Origin: a bacterium
Lineage (GTDB): Bacteria > UBA8248 > JACPRG01 > G963555815
Reading direction: 5' to 3'
Assembly (NCBI GenBank): GCA_965218795.1
Contig: OZ244653.1
Location: forward strand, 3,552,001-3,616,000
DNA length: 64,000 bases
Shown here: one piece after another, positions 20,418 through 27,173 of the stretch
Position numbering within the stretch: the first letter of the stretch is position 1
Layout: every line of letters starts with the position of its first letter
Position numbers and translations under genes: made by a program
The notes under the pieces: model-generated
What the model saw: the letters and a program-made list of their open reading frames with translations, nothing else
What the model was told of the DNA's origin: nothing
The model's database searches: none

Positions 20418-20772
20418 TCTTTCTTTTCATCCTCACCATTGAATTGCGATGGCAATTTGATGGTTCCGTCGATATCAATGAATACCCCCTTGCTGTCATC
20501 GCCTTTCCAATGCTCAATGGCCATTTTGATGAGTGAAAATTTCTCTGACCGAAGAAGGGATGGGTCTCTGAAAAAGGCACAGATAAATACCACCAATAAA
20601 ATCACTAAGGACAAAGCAATCAATGCGAGAATAAATTTAATTACATAATGGGGAGCCTCAACAGACAGGCTCAAAATCAGTGCAGAACATATGGTCCCAA
20701 TGCAATAAGGATAGTGGACTTTTTCCACGTCCCCTGAGACTGCTCAAGGAATGATTTAAGGAAATTGACCAT
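20414..20772 (-). CDS. Two-TM membrane passenger protein (probable 1-nt frameshift near 20696)
   Basis: MVNFLKSFLEQSQGTWKKSTILIALG joins TICSALILSL...FFRDPSLLRSEKF..KMAIE if GGG is GGGG. Confidence 0.65.
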
Positions 20773-20799
20773 ATCCACAACCTTCTGGGTGGAGGCCGC

Positions 20800-20912
20800 T
20801 TGACACAACGGGTGGGTGGGTGCATATTCTTACCCGCGCGCGCTGTCCGCATGGCCTCCTAAGATCGTGTTTGCGGACCACAAAGCCAGGACCCGACGTC
20901 CTGGCTTTTGTG
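20800..20912 (+). ncRNA. Candidate promoter plus ~80-nt sRNA with anti-SD loop and terminator (unit 1)
   Basis: TTGACA(20800)-17-CATATT (or 19-TATTCT); GTCCGCA/TGCGGAC stem with CCTCCT in loop; AAAGCCAGGAC-CCGAC-GTCCTGGCTTTT terminator. Confidence 0.55.
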
Positions 20913-20925
20913 CGTCTAGACTGTG

Positions 20926-21078
20926 TTATTCGCCTTCTTGCTTCTCCTCCTCGGGCATGGGCCGGCTGTATTTGACCTCGGGTTTTTCCTTCACCAGCGC
21001 CCGGTTGACCTCTTCGAATTTCCCGTAGAGGGGGTTCGTCGGAGCCTCTTCGTCAGTTTCCTGCGGCTTCTCCGTCAC
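20926..21078 (-). CDS. Small acidic peptide A1 (50 aa) overlapping the transposase 3' end
   Basis: GGGAG RBS + GTG; MTEKPQETDEEAPTNPLYGKFEEVNRALVKEKPEVKYSRPMPEEEKQEGE; below the ORF-track cutoff. Confidence 0.7.
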   Translation of the reverse strand: MTEKPQETDEEAPTNPLYGKFEEVNRALVKEKPEVKYSRPMPEEEKQEGE

Positions 21079-21985
21079 TGATAAGCTCCCGGTACGGCAG
21101 GCGTTTTCCGAACATGCCCCGCGCGATCTGTTCGAGGCACCGCAGCGTATCGCCCTTCATGTTATGGCGACCGGAGAACTCGGTCAAGTATCGATGCAGG
21201 TGCTTCACGCTCATCTGGTGATAAATCCCGTAGTGCCCGCGCTTCAGGAGCGCCCAGAAGCTCTCGATCCCGTTCGTGTGGACCTGGTTGCGGACGTACT
21301 CGCCAACGGTGTGCCTCACCGTCTCGCGCACGAAGGGGATGCCTTTGTACTCGGCGGCGCTGTCCGTGTAGACCATGCTCCCGGGCCGGACGTTCTTGGT
21401 GATTTCCTCGTAGGCGATAGCCTTGTCGAACTTCTTCAGTGGAATCGCCCGAACCTTGCCCGCCTTCCGGTCCCTGATGCCCATGACCGACTGCTTCCCC
21501 ACGCCGCCGCGCCCCTGATTCAGCTTCTTCGACGAGTGCTTGTTCATCTCCTTGCCGCCGACAAACGCCTCGTCGATCTCGATCTCTCCCGGACCCATCG
21601 GCTCGCCGTGGTCAAGGTAAGCCTCTCGGATGCGGTGGGCCAGGTGCCAGGCGTTCTTCTGTGTGATGCCCAACTCCTTCGCCAACTGGACGCTCGATAT
21701 CCCCTTCCGAGCCGTGGTGATGAGATACGTCGCCAGCAGCCAAGTCCGCAACGGAAGCTTCGACTTCTCAAACACCGCCCCGGTCCTCACCGAGAAGTAT
21801 TTCCGGCAGGATTTGCACCAGTACGGCATGGGCTTGGACTTCGGAACCGGCTTCGTTTTCCCAACGGTCCCACAGTGCGGGCAGTACCGCTCCACGGGCC
21901 ACCGCAATTTCTCATAAAATCGCCGGGCCGCCCCCTCCGTCGGAAATTTCTCAGAAAATTCCAAAAAACTCATGTGCCCTTTCAT
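21053..21985 (-). CDS. IS1595-family (ISXO2-like) DDE transposase
   Basis: CPHCG..CKSC zinc ribbon, GISSVQLAKELGITQKNAW HTH, EIDEAFVGG, YTD, HTNGIESFWALLKRG. Confidence 0.96.
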   Translation of the reverse strand: MKGHMSFLEFSEKFPTEGAARRFYEKLRWPVERYCPHCGTVGKTKPVPKSKPMPYWCKSCRKYFSVRTGAVFEKSKLPLRTWLLATYLITTARKGISSVQLAKELGITQKNAWHLAHRIREAYLDHGEPMGPGEIEIDEAFVGGKEMNKHSSKKLNQGRGGVGKQSVMGIRDRKAGKVRAIPLKKFDKAIAYEEITKNVRPGSMVYTDSAAEYKGIPFVRETVRHTVGEYVRNQVHTNGIESFWALLKRGHYGIYHQMSVKHLHRYLTEFSGRHNMKGDTLRCLEQIARGMFGKRLPYRELISDGEAAGN

Positions 21986-22034
21986 TTACAAAGCTCCCTT
22001 TTGGCCTTACATTGAAGGGAAGGAGGTCCTCACT

Positions 22035-22235
22035 GTGAAAATCACAATCACGGAAACCACCATCGAGGTAGAAGGGGAAAAGGGCTCCCCTATTCGTTGG
22101 CACAATCTCTCAGCTTTTGCAGGATTACCGGAAGCTGAGATGGTGAAACGAGTATCTGGATTTCTTGAAGGGCTGGAGAAGGAGCTCCTTGAGGGCCGTT
22201 TGTCGAAGCTCGAAAATCGCTCTCTTTGCTTGTGA
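22035..22235 (+). CDS. Small hypothetical protein (66 aa) divergent from transposase
   Basis: AAGGAGG RBS 8 nt before GTG; overlaps antisense ORF 22090-22314. Confidence 0.5.
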   Translation: MKITITETTIEVEGEKGSPIRWHNLSAFAGLPEAEMVKRVSGFLEGLEKELLEGRLSKLENRSLCL

Positions 22236-22314
22236 TGTACTCCAGAACCAACACGATTTCGGTCCCATCGCGGCGAACATCGAACCCCTGAAGAAAATTC
22301 GCTTTCCTGTCCAA
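22090..22314 (-). CDS. Small hypothetical protein (74 aa), first ORF after the inward TIR promoter
   Basis: GAAAGGGGGA RBS + TTG. Confidence 0.5.
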   Translation of the reverse strand: MDRKANFLQGFDVRRDGTEIVLVLEYITSKESDFRASTNGPQGAPSPALQEIQILVSPSQLPVILQKLRDCANE

Positions 22315-22330
22315 TATGATTCCCCCTTTC

Positions 22331-22366
22331 TGCTTATAATATAAGCATTTAGAGGGATTCTGTCAA
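22331..22366 (-). promoter_or_regulatory. Inward sigma70 promoter with -35 inside TIR and a palindromic operator over -10
   Basis: rc TTGACA(22366-22361)-17-TATATT(22343-22338); TGCTTATA-A-TATAAGCA at 22331-22347. Confidence 0.65.
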
Positions 22367-22467
22367 GTAATAAATATAATTCCCAAAATTTCATCCCCTG
22401 AAATCTGGTATCCTAAAGGTGCATTCCGATCCGAACGGATGCGTATGACACAGAGGGGGGAACCGCC

Positions 22468-23193
22468 ATGGTCAGGATCGCGGCAAGACCGGAGCCGATC
22501 GAGATCAACCTCGCCCGGACGGCTCTCATCGTCGTAGACATGCAGAATTCCTTCGGAAGCAAGGGCGGCATGCTGGATCTGGCCGGACGGGATATCTCGG
22601 GCGCCCCGCCGGTCATCGCGGTGCACCACCGCCTCCTCGACACGGCCCGAAAGGCCGGCGTCCGGATCATCTATCTCCAAATGACCTACAAGCCGGACCT
22701 CAGCGACGCGGGCGGACCAGACTCTCCCAACTACCACAAGCAGGTGGGGGTTGTCATGATGCGGAAACGCCCGGAACTCCACGGGAAATTCCTGGTGAAG
22801 GGCACGTGGGACTGGAAGATCATAGAGGGGTTGGAGCCCCAGCCCGGGGATTGGGTGGTCGAAAAGCCCCGGTACAGCGGGTTCTGCGGAACCGCGCTGG
22901 ATTCCCTGCTTCGGTCCGAGGATATCCGCTACGTCATCATGACCGGGATCGCGACGAACGTGTGCGTGGAGAGTACGGCCCGGGACGCCTTTTTCGGGGA
23001 GTTCTGGCCCATCCTGGTGGAGGATGCCGTGAACCACACCGGACCCGATTTTTGCCGCGAGGCAACACTGTGGAACATGCAGAGATACTTCGGCTGGGTC
23101 ACGAACTCGGACACGTTGATGGAGATCTTCGACGCCGCCACGAAGCGCGCGGTCATGGAAGATCCTGCAGAGGAAGGCGCAGCCGCCGGCTGA
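22468..23193 (+). CDS. Isochorismatase-family cysteine hydrolase, RutB-like (copy 1)
   Basis: VVDMQN, KPRYSGF, GIATNVCVESTARD (D-K-C triad). Confidence 0.9.
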   Translation: MVRIAARPEPIEINLARTALIVVDMQNSFGSKGGMLDLAGRDISGAPPVIAVHHRLLDTARKAGVRIIYLQMTYKPDLSDAGGPDSPNYHKQVGVVMMRKRPELHGKFLVKGTWDWKIIEGLEPQPGDWVVEKPRYSGFCGTALDSLLRSEDIRYVIMTGIATNVCVESTARDAFFGEFWPILVEDAVNHTGPDFCREATLWNMQRYFGWVTNSDTLMEIFDAATKRAVMEDPAEEGAAAG

Positions 23194-23211
23194 TCGAGAG
23201 GGAGAAACGAA

Positions 23212-23925
23212 ATGGTCAAGATTGCGGCAAGACCGGAGGCGGTTGAAATCGATCTGGAACGGACGGCCGTCATCGTCGTCGACATGCAGAACGCCTTCGC
23301 CACGAAGGGCGGAGCGATCGACCTGGCAGGGGACGACATCTCGGGCGCAGAGCCGGTTATCGAGGTGCACCACCGCCTGCTCGACTCCGCTCGAAAGGCC
23401 GGCGTCCGGGTCATCTACCTCCAAATGACCTACCAGCCGGATCTTCACGACACGGGCGGTCCGAACTCACCCAACTACTACAAGGAGGTGGGACCCACCC
23501 TGATGCGGAAACGCCCGGAGCTCGAGGGAAAGATCCTCGTGGACGGGACCTGGGACTGGCAGATCGTCGACGGACTGGAGCCGCAGCCCGGAGACCTCGT
23601 CGTACCGAAAACCCGGTACAGCGGGTTCTCCGGTACGAACCTGGAATCCCTGCTCCGGACCGAGGACGTTCGGCACCTCCTCTTCACCGGGATCGCGACC
23701 AACGTATGCGTGGAGAGCACGGCCCGGGACGCCTTTTTCGGAGAATTCTGGCCCATCCTCGTAGAGGATGCCATGAACCACACCGGACCCGACTTTTGCC
23801 GGGAGGCAACGCTCTGGAACTTCGAGCACGTGTTCGGGTGGGTCACCCGAACCGGGAGCTTGATTGAAATCTTCGATGCGGCCGCCCGGCGGGGAGCGAT
23901 GGAAAAGGCCGGGCAGAAGGGGTGA
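23212..23925 (+). CDS. Isochorismatase-family cysteine hydrolase, RutB-like (copy 2)
   Basis: Same motifs; close paralog of the upstream gene. Confidence 0.9.
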   Translation: MVKIAARPEAVEIDLERTAVIVVDMQNAFATKGGAIDLAGDDISGAEPVIEVHHRLLDSARKAGVRVIYLQMTYQPDLHDTGGPNSPNYYKEVGPTLMRKRPELEGKILVDGTWDWQIVDGLEPQPGDLVVPKTRYSGFSGTNLESLLRTEDVRHLLFTGIATNVCVESTARDAFFGEFWPILVEDAMNHTGPDFCREATLWNFEHVFGWVTRTGSLIEIFDAAARRGAMEKAGQKG

Positions 23926-24019
23926 GAGGGGACGGGGGGCCCTGTCCCATTTCCACCCGGCGGAACTTGAAGGTTCGCCTCCCTTGACGTGATCCCACAT
24001 CGACAAGAAAGCTCCTGCC

Positions 24020-25225
24020 ATGTTGATCGATCGGGAACGCGCTTCCGATGAGATGGAGCGCGCGGGCCTGGACGCCTTGATCGCTACAACCCCGGAACAC
24101 ATTCTGTACGCCTCCGGCTTCGAAAGCCTGGGACAGACCCTCATCCCCGGAGTTCAGGTGTTCGCCGTGGTGCCTGGGGATGTTGATTCGCCCGTGGCGG
24201 TGGCCGCGCCCATCGGGGAGCTGGACCGGGCCGCGGAGTCGGCCGAAATCGATCAGGTGAAATTTCACCCCTACGGAGTGTTTTTCTACACGGCGGGAGA
24301 TGGCGCACGGCTCGACGATGCGGAATCGCGGCTGAAGTCCCTGGCCCTGGAGACCCCGCGCGCCGGATCCGCCGGCGAAGCGCTCCGGCAGGCGTTGGCG
24401 GCCGCAGGCGTTCCATTGGGGGGCGTGCTGGGGGTCGATGAAAAGGGCCTGGATGCCCCGGGGTTCGCCCAACTGTCCCAGACTCTTTCCGAGTCTCAGA
24501 TCGAGCCGGGATTCGACACCCTCCGTCGCATTCGCCGGCTGAAGGCCCCCGAGGAGATCCGGCGGCTTCGCCGCGCGGTTGAAATCACCGAAGATGGAAT
24601 CCAGGCTGCCCTGAGAGAAGCCCGGAATGGGATCACCGAACGGGAGTTGGCCGAGGTCTATGAGTGCGAGGTGGTCCGGCAGGGCGCCCGCCCCTCGTTG
24701 ACGGTCATCGGGGTCGGATCCCATTCCGCCTTTCCCAACGGACGTCCTTCTGACCGCGCGCTCCGCACCGGCGACCTCATCCGGTTCGATGTGGGCTGCC
24801 TTTACATGGGCTACCACGCCGACATCGCCCGTACCGCGGTTCTGGGCGATCCGTCCGTCCGTCAGGCGGAGGTTTACGCCGCCTTGCTGGCCGGCCATCT
24901 GGCGGGCTTGGAGCGGATCCGGGCGGGGACCCGGGCGCGCGAAGTCTTCCGGGCCGTCGTGTCCGCTGTCCGGAAGAACGGTCTGCCCGATTACGCCCGC
25001 CACCACGTCGGCCATTGCATCGGCCTGGAACTGTACGAGCCGCCCATTCTGAACGAACAGGAGGGGAGGCCCCTGGAGGCCGGGATGGTGCTGGACGTCG
25101 AGCCGCCGTATTACGAGATCGGGCTGGGCGGGTTTCAGGTGGAGGACACGGTGTGCGTCACGGAGGACGGCTTCGAATGCTTCAACCGGATGCCCAAGGG
25201 CCTGCTCGCCGTCCGATCTTCCTGA
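24020..25225 (+). CDS. M24-family (Xaa-Pro peptidase/creatinase-like) metallohydrolase
   Basis: R.LK.PEEI, DVG..Y.GYHADIART, HHVGHCIGLE..E, VEDT. Confidence 0.88.
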   Translation: MLIDRERASDEMERAGLDALIATTPEHILYASGFESLGQTLIPGVQVFAVVPGDVDSPVAVAAPIGELDRAAESAEIDQVKFHPYGVFFYTAGDGARLDDAESRLKSLALETPRAGSAGEALRQALAAAGVPLGGVLGVDEKGLDAPGFAQLSQTLSESQIEPGFDTLRRIRRLKAPEEIRRLRRAVEITEDGIQAALREARNGITERELAEVYECEVVRQGARPSLTVIGVGSHSAFPNGRPSDRALRTGDLIRFDVGCLYMGYHADIARTAVLGDPSVRQAEVYAALLAGHLAGLERIRAGTRAREVFRAVVSAVRKNGLPDYARHHVGHCIGLELYEPPILNEQEGRPLEAGMVLDVEPPYYEIGLGGFQVEDTVCVTEDGFECFNRMPKGLLAVRSS

Positions 25226-25232
25226 GAATTCT

Positions 25233-25649
25233 TCAGAAAATCCCGTTGGCTTGTTGAACCTCCCGGATGAACCGTGTGATGGCGGCGATCTCGTCGTCTG
25301 TCACATGGGGTTGGGAGGGCATGTTTCCGAATGTCCAATGATGTCCGATCACACCGAACCGCACGGCCCGAAAGAAAGAGAGATCGGCATGGTGGCCGGG
25401 ATGGTAGAGCCGGTGGATGAGCGGGGGTCCCAGATCCGTCCCGGATGCGTCCTTGCCGTGGCATCGGCCGCAATTCGTGATAAACGCGAATCGGCCCTTT
25501 TGCGCGCCCGCCGAGAATACGGGGATGATCACCCGGGCGGATTGGCGCTTCGGCAGGGTCTGAAAGAAACGCCACCCCACGGACGCCAGTACGCCGATCA
25601 GGAAGACAGCGGAGAGCCAGAGTCTGGATTTTTTCCCAAATTTGAACAA
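25233..25649 (-). CDS. Membrane-anchored monoheme cytochrome c (start uncertain)
   Basis: N-terminal hydrophobic helix, CGRCH, GPPL, HHW.FGNMP. Confidence 0.82.
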   Translation of the reverse strand: MFKFGKKSRLWLSAVFLIGVLASVGWRFFQTLPKRQSARVIIPVFSAGAQKGRFAFITNCGRCHGKDASGTDLGPPLIHRLYHPGHHADLSFFRAVRFGVIGHHWTFGNMPSQPHVTDDEIAAITRFIREVQQANGIF

Positions 25650-25724
25650 GTTCCGCAGGCTCCTTGGGATTCGCGGCGGGAGGACCGAGAGAACGAAAAA
25701 CAGGTTCCGCGAGCCCCGCAACCG

Positions 25725-26744
25725 CTATTTCTTCCCAGGCCGCCGGAAGACGGGCATCACCTGCTTCGCGAACTGTTCCATCTGATTGCGGAACGCCTTC
25801 ACGGAATTCACCCCGAACATGATGCCGGCCAGGTGGGTCACGCCCGCCTCCTGATAGCTTCCAATCCGGTCCACCACCTGCGCGGGCGAGCCGATCAGGT
25901 TGTTCGCCCCGATGTCGGCCAGGGTCTGATCCTTCAGGGTGGATTTCGCGAGAGACTGGAGGTGGTGATAGAGCTGGGAAGCCTGAAAGGTCCGCCGCGC
26001 CCGGGATTCCGTTTTGGCGAGGGTGACGCCCAACTGCGGCGCGATGTCGATACCCCGAAGGCTTCGGCCCGCCCTCTTCGCCGCCGCGCGCATCCGTTTC
26101 ACCCGCTGCGCGATTTCCTCGGGCGTCAGGATGGCCGGAAACCAGCCGTCGGCGTAGCGCCCGGCCCGATCGACCCCTTCCCCGGAATTGCCGCCGATGT
26201 AAATGGGCATATTTTTTTGGACGGGTTTGGGGTACATCTCGACGTTGCGGAACCGCACGTACTTGCCTTGAAACGTGGCCTTTCGTTTTCGAAGGAGCTC
26301 CCGCAGCGCGGCAATCCGTTCGTCCATCAATTGGCCTCGGTGCGGCGCCCGGCCCGGGTTGGCCGCGAGATATTCTTCCCGATAGGCCCCGAGCCCTACT
26401 CCCAGAATGACCCGCCCGCCGGAGCACACGTCCAGCGTAGCGGCGGTCTTGGCGAGAATGATGGGTTCGCGAACGGGCAGGACGGCTACGCCGGTGGCCA
26501 GCTTGAGCGTCTTCGTCTCCGCGGCGATAAAAGAGAGCAGCACAAAGGGTTCATAAAAACGGGGCGGCTTGGGCCACATGCGGGCCACATAATGCTGAGT
26601 GGTGATGTGGTCGTTTGGCCAGACGGCTTCGTACCCCATGTCTTCGGCTTCCCGGGATATCTGAATGATCTGCCCGGGGCTGGCGAAAGGATAGGGGTAG
26701 ATCAAACCTTCCATGCAGCTGGGAATGGCGATGCTGAATCGCAT
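25725..26744 (-). CDS. LLM-class (probably F420-dependent) oxidoreductase
   Basis: AE.MGYEAVWPNDH, AK.AATLD..SGGRVILGVG.G, PIYIGG, GSP.QV...I. Confidence 0.88.
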   Translation of the reverse strand: MRFSIAIPSCMEGLIYPYPFASPGQIIQISREAEDMGYEAVWPNDHITTQHYVARMWPKPPRFYEPFVLLSFIAAETKTLKLATGVAVLPVREPIILAKTAATLDVCSGGRVILGVGLGAYREEYLAANPGRAPHRGQLMDERIAALRELLRKRKATFQGKYVRFRNVEMYPKPVQKNMPIYIGGNSGEGVDRAGRYADGWFPAILTPEEIAQRVKRMRAAAKRAGRSLRGIDIAPQLGVTLAKTESRARRTFQASQLYHHLQSLAKSTLKDQTLADIGANNLIGSPAQVVDRIGSYQEAGVTHLAGIMFGVNSVKAFRNQMEQFAKQVMPVFRRPGKK

Positions 26745-26866
26745 GAACGGCTCTCCGCACCTTACTTCGAGGAAAGGGTCGAGACAGGACGGTTGAATCC
26801 GATGATTTTATCAGGAGGCTCGAATGAGGGCCAGGGGACGAAAACGCCTGCGATTGTATCAATCTT

Positions 26867-27001
26867 CTATTGGCATTCTAGCTCAGCCGCAATCGCGCCA
26901 TAAGTTACAAAGGATTCACCGGCCTTCAAACTCTTCAAAATCATCGCCATCGCGTATTGCGGGCCGTCTTCCATAAGCTGTTCAATAGTATAATCCCCCA
27001 T
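26867..27001 (-). pseudogene. Truncated winged-HTH-like gene fragment
   Basis: GGGGAGG RBS; MGDYTIEQLMEDGPQYAMAMILKSLKAGESFVTYGAIAAELECQ*; AT-rich. Confidence 0.4.
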
Positions 27002-27173
27002 CTAATTGGCCTCCCCTTCCGGATTTCAGTAAATCGATAGTCGATGATACAGGCGTTTGAAAGCTTCCATCACCACTTTGTGGTTCCAACCGCCGACTTT
27101 CCCGCAGGCTTGGCGGCGATGCCAATTCGCATGACCACGCCTGTCGATTCCCTCGGCCAAGATGTTCGCCCTG

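Larger units (their letters stand above)
19313..22384 (-). mobile_element. IS1595-family transposon carrying passenger genes (3072 bp)
   Basis: TIRs GGGAATTACATTCTTAACTTGACA (19313-19336) and rc GGGAATTATATTTATTACTTGACA (22361-22384); flanks CAAATTTC/AAAATTTC (7/8 match, 8-bp TSD expected); intact transposase inside. Confidence 0.9.

Noticed and set aside
20658-20852. 64-aa minus ORF with AGGAGG upstream
   Set aside because: SD is only 2 nt from the ATG and the sequence is not protein-like; better explained by the plus-strand RNA.
19313-22384. Bridge/seekRNA-type guided transposition
   Set aside because: The transposase is IS1595 DDE, not IS110/IS1111, and I found no convincing match between the candidate RNAs and the target flanks.
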